Source of the DNA: Minisyncoccota bacterium
Lineage (GTDB): Bacteria; Patescibacteriota; Minisyncoccia; Phycocordibacterales; JAQTLZ01
Assembly: GCA_028714635.1 (NCBI GenBank)
Contig: JAQTLZ010000005.1
Location: 1-59,911 of the forward strand
Reading direction: 5' to 3'
Length of the DNA: 59,911 bases
Positions 7,790-16,100 of the stretch are shown here, piece by piece; within the stretch, counting starts at the first letter, position 1, and the number at the start of each line of letters is the position of its first letter. Under the pieces are notes generated by a model. The model had not been told where the DNA came from. It did no database searches and worked only from the letters and a program-made list of their open reading frames with translations. The position numbers and the translations under genes were made by a program.

Positions 7790-7810
7790 TGTCAAGGACA
7801 GTCCTTGACA
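7790..7810. repeat. REP-like 21-bp palindrome downstream of the RAYT gene
   Basis: TGTCAAGGACAGTCCTTGACA, identical to the copy at 7114-7134. Confidence 0.85.
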
Positions 7811-7935
7811 CCTTAAAAATAACAAAGAAAAGGCCCCATAAGGACGGAACCTTAAGGGGTGATCTTTTCCGTTGGTGATGACACTAGTATAGACGAATGA
7901 GGGGCCAAAAGTCAACAAAGCAGGTAAAACCGTCA

Positions 7936-8433
7936 TTATTCTGCCAGCTTGTAAGTTTGATTAAATTCCGCGCGAGCAATTATATAAGGTTCCCCCCCCA
8001 TTGCCTTTGTATCAATATCATAAGTATCAGCGATAAGACAATCAGCAGCACCATTCTGCATTTCTCCCCAGGATGCCATCATCGTAACTGGGCTATTAAA
8101 AGGATTATCGATTGCTTTACAGTATCCTTTTGCCGAATATACTCCTGGCTCTCCGGCTTTTGGTTCATATCTTTTTGCAAATTTTATTCCGTCAATAACA
8201 TATCGTTCGCCACCGGGGTTTGTAATAATAGCATCACCTGCTTTCGCTACATTTTTCGTTTCAGTTGTTCCGTCTGTTAATTTTGTAATTATTTCCTCTC
8301 CCCCTTTGGCGATCTCAGCTCTCATTTCTCCTTGTTTTTTAAAGATAGGAGCATTTTCAAGTCCCTGCATAATTTCCGGTGCATGTCTGTTAATTTCTTT
8401 AAAAGTTATGGGCTCCGGCGCTTGTTCTGTCAT
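7936..8433 (-). CDS. hypothetical protein
   Basis: 165-aa ORF with no signal peptide. I cannot confirm any family assignment. Confidence 0.55.
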   Translation of the reverse strand: MTEQAPEPITFKEINRHAPEIMQGLENAPIFKKQGEMRAEIAKGGEEIITKLTDGTTETKNVAKAGDAIITNPGGERYVIDGIKFAKRYEPKAGEPGVYSAKGYCKAIDNPFNSPVTMMASWGEMQNGAADCLIADTYDIDTKAMGGEPYIIARAEFNQTYKLAE

Positions 8434-8528
8434 TTTATCTAAATTATTAATAATAAATAATTGTACTCTTTTCTTTTCTCACTTACTAGATATCAAAAAG
8501 GATGAACTTCCTTAGCACGAAAGCGAGT

Positions 8529-8710
8529 CCCACACCTTTTGGGAAACTCACTGGGCTCTGCGCAAAACAAAGGAGCTTTTTAGGAAAACTGAATTGTTTG
8601 AGAAAACCGCCCCCGAAGAGGTGCGGTTTTTGAGTTTTCAATTTTCCGTGAAGAAAAGTGACTATTATTTAAGCGGAGAACCAGTGGGGCTGTTTTCCAA
8701 AAGGTGTGGG
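8529..8710. mobile_element. 182-bp MITE-like element with ~30-35-bp imperfect terminal inverted repeats and a 5-bp target-site duplication
   Basis: Left end cccacaccttttgggaaactcactgggctc, right end gagaaccagtggggctgttttccaaaaggtgtggg. CGAGT is directly repeated at 8524-8528 and 8711-8715. A terminator hairpin lies inside. Confidence 0.7.
8603..8631. terminator. bidirectional terminator-like hairpin inside the MITE downstream of rplB
   Basis: aaaaccgc...gcggtttt stem. Confidence 0.6.
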
Positions 8711-8718
8711 CGAGTGCC

Positions 8719-9570
8719 TTATTTCTTATTCTTCCCCTTCCCCACCTTTCGTCGAGAGACGATGAAAATGTTTGAATATTTTTTTGCTCGGCGGGATTTC
8801 TGTCCTTTTCCTGTCGGCTTTCCATATGAAGTCTTTTGTCGTCGGCTTCCTCGTCCTTGTCGTCCTTCACCTCCTCCGTGTGGGTGGTCTACCGGGTTCA
8901 TAGCAGTACCTCGCACTGTCGGTCGGATACCAAGCCATCGAGAACGTCCTGCTTTACCGATATTTACAAGACGATTTTCATCATTTGAAACTTCACCGAC
9001 ACATGCGTAGCACTCTTCGTGTACTCGTCGAATTTCTGTCGAAGGCATTTTGAGGTGAGTGTAATTGGCGTCCTGCGCAACAACTTCGATGTAGTTTCCA
9101 GCGCTGCGGCCGAGCTTTCCACCATTTCCGGGTTTAAGTTCTACGTTATATACAAAAGTACCAACTGGAATTTTCTTGAGAGGCATTCGATTGCCCATTT
9201 TTACAGGAGCTTTTTCAGAAACGACGAATGAATCACCAACTTTCATAGACTTTGGAGCGAGCACATAGCGCTTCTCTCCATCCTGATATTGTACGAGTGC
9301 GATGAAACCAGTTCGGTTTGGATCGTATTCAATGGTCAACACTTTTGCAGGAACATCTTTCTTGTTGTATCGAAAATCAACATCTCGGAAAAGTCGCTTA
9401 TGTCCGCCTCCTTTGTGGCGCACAGTCAAACGGCCAAAGCTGTTTCGTCCCACATCTCGCTTAAAACCTGACGTGAGCGATTTCAAAGGCTCTGACGCAG
9501 TAAGGAACTCTCGGTAGTTGATACCGGTCATTCCACGTCGTGATGCTGTTGTTGGTTTATAGGTCTTCAT
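8719..9570 (-). CDS. rplB: 50S ribosomal protein L2
   Basis: GRNSFGRLTVRHKGGGHKR...HPHGGGEGR motif. Confidence 0.97.
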   Translation of the reverse strand: MKTYKPTTASRRGMTGINYREFLTASEPLKSLTSGFKRDVGRNSFGRLTVRHKGGGHKRLFRDVDFRYNKKDVPAKVLTIEYDPNRTGFIALVQYQDGEKRYVLAPKSMKVGDSFVVSEKAPVKMGNRMPLKKIPVGTFVYNVELKPGNGGKLGRSAGNYIEVVAQDANYTHLKMPSTEIRRVHEECYACVGEVSNDENRLVNIGKAGRSRWLGIRPTVRGTAMNPVDHPHGGGEGRQGRGSRRQKTSYGKPTGKGQKSRRAKKYSNIFIVSRRKVGKGKNKK

Positions 9571-9575
9571 GTTTT

Positions 9576-9947
9576 TTATACAAATTCAATCTTGTCGCCT
9601 TTTTTCAGAAAAACATATGCTTTCTTCACTCGTGTTTTCATCCCCACTTTCCCTCGGACAAACACTTTCTTTGCAGGGGTGAAAACAATGTTTACCTTCG
9701 TCGGCGTCACTTTATACATCTCTTTTATCGAAGACGCGACAGTAGCCTTTGTTGCAGAGTGAGCAATAGAAAATACATAGATATTTTTTTCAGCTTCTTG
9801 TGATGATTTTTCAGTCACTCGAGGATGAAGGACGATATGAGAAAGGTCAGCATGAGGCTTCGTCGAAGGCGCTTTTACAACAGCAACTTCTGTTTCCACA
9901 ACCTTTGCTTTCTTTTTTACCTCTTCTTTTTTAGCGAAAATAGCCAT
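9576..9947 (-). CDS. rplW: 50S ribosomal protein L23 with N-terminal extension
   Basis: The C-terminal 90 aa are L23-like (HPRVTEKS...YVFSI...KVNIV). Operon position is between rplD and rplB. Confidence 0.9.
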   Translation of the reverse strand: MAIFAKKEEVKKKAKVVETEVAVVKAPSTKPHADLSHIVLHPRVTEKSSQEAEKNIYVFSIAHSATKATVASSIKEMYKVTPTKVNIVFTPAKKVFVRGKVGMKTRVKKAYVFLKKGDKIEFV

Positions 9948-9952
9948 GGTAA

Positions 9953-10627
9953 TTATTTAGTCTTAGCGGGAATTTTTGAAGAAAGAAATTCAAATGACTT
10001 TTCTGGTTCTGTGATGATGAGATATGCATTCTGCATGAGATCCATAGGATTCATATTTCGAAGTTCGTCCACAGTAACATTTCCAAAGTTTCCAAAACCT
10101 CGCTCTACCGCAACGTCCTTGTGTCCGAGAGTGATATAAGCCGCATTCTTTCGCTTTGTAGAAAGCTTTTCAAATCCTGCGATCTTGCCGAGATTCATAA
10201 CGATCTCCTTTGCATCTTTTGTCTTTCCGCTATCCATATTCAAAGTATCGACAAAGATGATTTCTTTATCTTTCAATTTTCTAGAAAGGATCGTGTAGAG
10301 AGCTTTCGCTTTCATAGAACGATTGATTTTTCGAGTGAAATTCTGATCGTTTCGAGGACCGTGAGCAACACCTCCGCCAACCCAGATAGGAGAACGAGTA
10401 GAACCGTGACGAGCTCGGCCAGTACCTTTCTGTCTCCAAGGCTTCTTGCCTCCTCCTCGTACCTCTCCTCGAGTCTTTGTGTGAGCAACAGGCTTTCGTG
10501 CGTTGGTCTTCATTGAAGTCGTCACTTGGTGAACCAAGTCAGAATTCCAGTGAACGCCGAATACTGCTTCAGGAAGTTTTACTTTCCCTGTTTCTTTTCC
10601 CTTTTGGTTGTAAACGGTTGCTTCCAT
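9953..10627 (-). CDS. rplD: 50S ribosomal protein L4
   Basis: KTRGEVRGGGKKPWRQKGTGRARHGS motif. Confidence 0.95.
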   Translation of the reverse strand: MEATVYNQKGKETGKVKLPEAVFGVHWNSDLVHQVTTSMKTNARKPVAHTKTRGEVRGGGKKPWRQKGTGRARHGSTRSPIWVGGGVAHGPRNDQNFTRKINRSMKAKALYTILSRKLKDKEIIFVDTLNMDSGKTKDAKEIVMNLGKIAGFEKLSTKRKNAAYITLGHKDVAVERGFGNFGNVTVDELRNMNPMDLMQNAYLIITEPEKSFEFLSSKIPAKTK

Positions 10628-10632
10628 TGTAT

Positions 10633-11235
10633 TTAGGCTTTGATCTCAACAAGTGTTCCTCGTCGTCCTGGAACCGCTCCGCCGATAATAATTTCTCGTT
10701 TTGCTTCGTCAACCATAAGCACAGTCATACCTTTTGAAGTAATCGTGTCTTGTCCCATTCTGCCTCCCATTCTCATTCCTTTTGGAACACGAGTTCGAAG
10801 CCCTCCTCCAATAGAACCAGGTTCTCGTTCAGAGTGTTTCTGCCCGTGAGTTCGTCGTCCTCCGCCGAAGCCGTGTCGCTTGATAACACCTTGGAAACCT
10901 TTTCCTTTTGAAACAGAAGTGATGACGACTTTCTCCCCAACTTTGAAAAGTGCTGGGCTAAGTGTGTCGCCGACTTTCAAATCTGAAACGCCTGCGAATT
11001 CTCGGAAATTAGAGAAATTTCCAAGCTCTTTTGTGTGGCCTTTTTGAGCCTTGTTTACGTTCTTTGGGTTTCGAGTGCCGTAGCCGATTTGTACAGCTTT
11101 GTAGCCGTCTTTTTCGTCTGTTTTCACTTGAGTAACAACGTTTGCGCCACAGGAAATAATCGTTCCAGGGTGAAGTGCCCCGTTTTCATCGAAGACTTGC
11201 GTCATATTTACCTTTTGTCCTAGGACGAATTTCAT
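10633..11235 (-). CDS. rplC: 50S ribosomal protein L3
   Basis: GKGFQGVIKRHGFGGG...HG motif, in operon order. Confidence 0.95.
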   Translation of the reverse strand: MKFVLGQKVNMTQVFDENGALHPGTIISCGANVVTQVKTDEKDGYKAVQIGYGTRNPKNVNKAQKGHTKELGNFSNFREFAGVSDLKVGDTLSPALFKVGEKVVITSVSKGKGFQGVIKRHGFGGGRRTHGQKHSEREPGSIGGGLRTRVPKGMRMGGRMGQDTITSKGMTVLMVDEAKREIIIGGAVPGRRGTLVEIKA

Positions 11236-11329
11236 GTTTTTTGCAAAAAAATCTCACTCAACTTAACAGAAACAGACCAAAAAGTAAAGCTTAAAGCCAT
11301 TTTAAGCTATTCTGCTTCCCTCTTTTTGT

Positions 11330-11731
11330 TTAGAGGATTTTGACGTCGATATCTACACCACTTGGGAGGTTCATATTGGTCAAAGCCTCGATGATCTTCC
11401 CTGACGGATTCAAGATATCAATAAGTCTCTTGTGGACTCGCATTTCGAACTGTTCTCGTGCATTTTTGTACACGAACGCAGAGCGGTTGACTGTGTATTT
11501 ATTTATTTCTGTTGGAAGCGGAACGGGGCCAACAACTTTCGCATCGTAGCGAAGAGCAGTGTCGATGATCTGCTTTACCGAAAGATCGAGAATTTTATAT
11601 TCATATGCTCGAACTCGGATGCGCAATTTTGAGATCGCGCCATCTTTTGGAGCGGGAGATACTTTGACTGCTTTCTTCGCAGACGCTCTCTTTGCAGGAA
11701 CTTTCTTTTCTGTTGTTTCTTTCACAGCCAT
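11330..11731 (-). CDS. rpsJ: 30S ribosomal protein S10 with ~30-aa basic N-terminal extension
   Basis: KLRIRVRAYEYKILD...GPVPLPT...HKRLIDI motif. Confidence 0.95.
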   Translation of the reverse strand: MAVKETTEKKVPAKRASAKKAVKVSPAPKDGAISKLRIRVRAYEYKILDLSVKQIIDTALRYDAKVVGPVPLPTEINKYTVNRSAFVYKNAREQFEMRVHKRLIDILNPSGKIIEALTNMNLPSGVDIDVKIL

Positions 11732-11736
11732 TTGAA

Positions 11737-11756
11737 TAGGGTTTAGGGTAAAGGGT
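11737..11756 (-). repeat. 20-nt TTAGGG-like tract in the tuf-rpsJ spacer, identical to 5722-5741
   Basis: tagggtttagggtaaagggt is identical at both loci. Each copy ends 6-10 nt upstream of a ribosomal-protein start codon. Confidence 0.7.
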
Positions 11757-11762
11757 GTAGGG

Positions 11763-12953
11763 TTAGGCGATGACTTTCGTTACAACTCCGGCACCCACAG
11801 TCTTGCCTCCTTCTCGGATAGCAAATCGCTGTTGATCTTCAAGAGCAATCGGAGCAACCAATTTTACTTTGAAAGTAATCGTATCTCCTGGCATAACCAT
11901 TTCTGTCTTTTCTGGCAAAGTCACTTCTCCAGTCACGTCTGTTGTTCGGAAGTAGAACTGTGGCTTGTAACCAGTGAAGAACGGAGTATGTCGTCCGCCT
12001 TCTTCTTTCTTCAAGATGTACACTTCTGAAGTAAATTCTGTGTGAGGAGTAACTGAACCTGGCTTTGCGATAACCTGACCTCGGTGTACGTCTTCTTTTC
12101 GAGTACCTCGGAGCAAAATTCCAGCGTTGTCTCCTGCCATACCTTCTGAAAGCTGTTTGTTGAACATTTCAATACCAGTCACAGCAGTCTTTGCTGTTGG
12201 CTTGATACCAACGATTTCAACTTCCTCTCCAACTTTCACCATTCCTCTTTCAATTCTTCCAGTCACTACAGTACCTCGTCCTTCAATCGAGAAGATGTCT
12301 TCGATAGGCATAAGAAAAGGCTTGTCTGTTTCTCGCTTTGGAACTGGGATATAGGTATCAAGAGCGTTGGTGAGTTCAAGAATTTTCTTTACCCATTCAT
12401 CGTCTTTTGATGTTGCTTCAAGAGCTTTGAGTGCTGAACCTCGAATAACAGGAGCTCCTTTTCCATCAAAGCCTTGCTTTGTAAGGAGTTCTCGAACCTC
12501 TTCTTCAACGAGGTCTACGAGATCTTTGTCATCAACCATGTCTACTTTGTTTAGAAAGACGATGATCTTTGGCACTCCAACCTGCTTTGCGAGGAGAACG
12601 TGCTCACGAGTCTGTGGCATCACTCCGTCAGTAGCTGCGATAACGAGAATAGCACCGTCCATTTGTGCGGCACCGGTGATCATGTTCTTAATATAGTCGG
12701 CGTGTCCAGGAGCGTCGATGTGAGCGTAGTGTCGAGTTGCTGTTTCGTATTCGTTGTGAGAGAGGGCGATCGTAATACCTCGGGCCTTTTCTTCAGGCGC
12801 TGAGTCAATTTCGTCAACTTTTTTCAACTTCACTGTTTGTCCAGAGAGATGAAGTGAGTTAAGAATTGCCGCAGTAAGAGTTGTCTTCCCGTGGTCAACG
12901 TGACCGATGGTACCGACGTTTACGTGAGGCTTCGAGCGATTAAATTCTGCCAT
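11763..12953 (-). CDS. tuf: elongation factor Tu
   Basis: [23 protein letters not shown] and NKVD motifs. Start moved to MAEFNRSK at 12953, since the ORF-track start adds 19 non-homologous residues. Confidence 0.97.
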   Translation of the reverse strand: MAEFNRSKPHVNVGTIGHVDHGKTTLTAAILNSLHLSGQTVKLKKVDEIDSAPEEKARGITIALSHNEYETATRHYAHIDAPGHADYIKNMITGAAQMDGAILVIAATDGVMPQTREHVLLAKQVGVPKIIVFLNKVDMVDDKDLVDLVEEEVRELLTKQGFDGKGAPVIRGSALKALEATSKDDEWVKKILELTNALDTYIPVPKRETDKPFLMPIEDIFSIEGRGTVVTGRIERGMVKVGEEVEIVGIKPTAKTAVTGIEMFNKQLSEGMAGDNAGILLRGTRKEDVHRGQVIAKPGSVTPHTEFTSEVYILKKEEGGRHTPFFTGYKPQFYFRTTDVTGEVTLPEKTEMVMPGDTITFKVKLVAPIALEDQQRFAIREGGKTVGAGVVTKVIA

Positions 12954-13075
12954 AGTTTTTATTAAATAAATTAATAATAAATAATTTCTAACAACGAAAC
13001 AAAACGCCACGCCTATTTTTTCTGCCCAAAATCAAAGATCGTGCAGGAAAATAAACGAAAAATGCGATGGCACTC

Positions 13076-13103
13076 ATCATAACAAATGCCGAAAAGAAGT
13101 CAA
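13076..13103 (-). promoter_or_regulatory. sigma70-like promoter, TTGACT-N16-TATGAT, upstream of tuf
   Basis: Hexamers read on the minus strand. Adjacent to the terminator of the upstream surface-protein gene. Confidence 0.55.
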
Positions 13104-13111
13104 TTCAAGGC

Positions 13112-13143
13112 AAAGCCCCCACTAAAGCTTTAGTGGGGGCTTT
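13112..13143 (-). terminator. terminator-like palindrome after the 13166-16378 gene
   Basis: aaagcccccactaaagc / gctttagtgggggcttt. The T-run is short. Confidence 0.6.
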
Positions 13144-13165
13144 CCTATCCTCTTCGATAAGAGAT

Positions 13166-16100
13166 CTAGAACCCTAAGAGATGCCCGAAGGATTCAAGAA
13201 CCGAAGCGACACTACTGGTAGTCGGAGCAACGGAAAGACTTGTCACATTGAAGACTGCTGTATTAGTAAATTGAGCAGTTCCTCCTATATAGACCTTGAT
13301 TACATACGAACCAATTGGGGCACCAGTGGGAACTTGGAATGTAACATTATTACCATTAACCGTACCAGTAACAGAACTATAATTTCCAAAATAGACTGTT
13401 CCATAAGGGAACGCCACCGGACCATTAATCGTAACCATTGTTCCTGGATGCCCTGACCCTGGTGAAATAGAACTGATTGAGGGCGTTGCTGGCGTGGTAA
13501 CAGGAGGAAAACTCTTTCTAATACCAACATTCCCTGAATTATCTATGGGATCAATCGAGAATGTATAGGTAACACCCGCTGTTAATCCCGTCACATTCAT
13601 GCTCCCGACAGGACCGCTAATCTGATTTCCATTAACACTACTGTTAGGCGAACTTGTTATCTGGTAGTTCACAGTACCTCCGGAATTATCGCTTGCTCCG
13701 CTCCAATTCAAGGTCAAACTATTTGATGTTACGTTGGAGGTGGTAAAGGTGGAAGAGCCCGACCAGACAGGAGCCGTTGTGTCTGCAGCGGGACCCACCG
13801 TAATATTGACATACTTGTATACACCATCAGCGCTGTGAATTGTCAGCATTCCACTGCCGGTAGCAGTTGGAGTGTAAGTTCTTGTTGCAGCACCTGCGGT
13901 TCCTCCGATAGTTCCTGAAACAGATGAGGTAAAGTAGTCGAAGGCAGGTTGTGGAGAAAGGGCGACGCCAGATGCATTTTTTGCAGTGAATGTATATGTG
14001 TATGTCGTATTTTGTGTGAGACTGGTTGATCCTGCTACGTCGATGGAGGCGGTGGTTGGACAACCCGTAGTCGTCGCCGTAACCGTCTTTGCAGGAGAGC
14101 TGACATTGCCAGCACCATCAGTGGCTGTGATCGAGAAAGTATACGTTGTACAAGCGGAGAGGCTTGCAACACCAGTCCCACTATTCGAAGCGCCATTAAA
14201 AGTAAGGGTACTGCCGGTACCGCTCGGAGAACGGGTGATGGTGTAACTTGCGACTCCACTACCACCAGTGTTGTCGGTTGCTCCGCTCCAATAAAGTGAG
14301 AGACTATTGTTGCCTATACCTGAAGCAGTAAAGCTTGTAGGAGAAGTGGGCGCAGTGACGTCGGCACCTCCACCTGTAGCATTCACCGTAATTGTTTTAG
14401 AATTACTGCTGTTCGTTCCACCAATAATAGAAACCGACAAACTATACGTGCCCGCTACAACTGCTGGAATGGTGTAGCTTAGAGACGTCCCGTTTGCTGA
14501 GGAAGCTTGAGTTTGGTAGGGCGTTCCGTTGGCAGTATTTACGAGGGTTATCAAGTTTGGGTGAGCCGCGTCAGTGGAAAAATTAGTACCGCTAATGACC
14601 GCAGGTGTCGCTACTCCCGCTGTTACCGATGTTGGGGAAACGGAAGTGATGGTTGGAGCTGAGGGCGTAGTGGTAATCGTCACCGTCTTCGAATCTGTAA
14701 CCGTTCCGTATGATCCGGTACACGTGATGGTGTATGTCTTTGATTGCGTGAGGAGACCTGTATAAATACCAGTAGAATTGTAAGTTGCACCTGATGTAAC
14801 CGATCCGTTCGCTGTAGTAAAGTTGGTTCCCGTACATGAAGTGACGTTGGAAGATGTCCAAGTGAGATACGTTCCATTTCCAGATGGCAGTGAACTTGCT
14901 GCGACGGTCAGGGTGACGGAAGGGGTTGGTGTACCGGTAGCATTCACCGTAATTGTTTTAGAATTACTGCTGTTCGTTCCACCAACAATAGAAACTGACA
15001 AACTATACGTGCCCGCTACAACTGCTGGAATGGTGTAGCTTAGAGACGTCCCGTTTGCTGAGGAAGCTTGAGTTTGGTAGGGCGTTCCGTTGGCAGTATT
15101 TACGAGGGTTATCAAGTTTGGGTGAGCCGCGTCAGTGGAAAAATTAGTACCGCTAATGACCGCAGGTGTCGCTACTCCCGCTGTTACCGATGTTGGGGAA
15201 ACGGAAGTGATGGTTGGAGCTGAGGTAGCGTTCACCGTAACAGTTGCAGTATCACTTTTACCGCCAGAAGAAGCTGTCACCGTTACCGTACGCGCAGTCC
15301 CCGGAGCTGTGAGAAGTCCTCCACTTGAAATAGTCCCCGCAGTCGTAGTCCAAGAATAGGCGGGTTGTGTAGATAACGCGTGGGTAAACTGGTCTAAGGC
15401 AGTTGCAGTAAATTGCTGGGTTCCGTTAACTGTGACACTAGCAGTTTCTGGAGTAACAGAGATAGAAGTAAAGACTTGAGCTGCGTTTGACACCGTAACT
15501 TCTTTTGTACCGATTATCGTTCCGGAATAAGCGCTCACTGTCACCGGAAGTGACGTGCCCGTTATACTTGAGGGAGCTCTAAAGAGACCGCTTGAGTTAA
15601 TTGTCCCCCCAGTCGCATACCAAGTGAACGAGGACGGCTGTGTGCGAAGATCATTATTTTTCTGATCTTTCGCAGTTGCGGTAAATTGTATTGTTCCATT
15701 TGTCCCAACAGTAAGGCTCGAAGAAGTTGTTAATTCGATAGAACTGAAAACGGGTGTGTAGGAACCGCCACTATGACCACCACTTCCACCGCCACCTCCG
15801 CCACCACTACCACCTCCCGAAGCTACACAAAGAGAACCACTTAATGGGCTGTATTTTGTTGTAAGCGTACAGCCAGCTGGGAGCGAAGCGAAACAACTTG
15901 CACCAGTTATATTATTGAACAACGCGCCCCCACTGCATGGACCAGTTCCTCCTCCCGGCAATGACACGCACGCAAAACCAGTCAGCGTGCTATAGCCTGA
16001 AGCGCTGGTACATCCTGGCGGGAAATTTCCTGAAACTGTTCCACCAGCTTCAAAGTCTCGAATCACTGCTTCTATGGTCAGAGGACCAAAGAGAGAAGTT

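Noticed and set aside
8594-9010. Plus-strand ORFs antisense to rplB, and many similar antisense or out-of-frame ORFs in the track (for example 981-1337, 20472-20831, 23587-24168, 50066-50797)
   Set aside because: They overlap well-supported conserved or long genes on the other strand or frame. Their composition is low-complexity or Arg/Ser/Cys-rich, typical of shadow ORFs.
12954-13010. N-terminal extensions from the ORF track (tuf MAFCFVV..., rplX MVGGQDF..., rnhA, tpiA, pilC, FGE gene, M50, rpmB)
   Set aside because: The extensions are non-homologous to the families, often run into upstream genes or hairpins, and internal Met codons give canonical N-termini.
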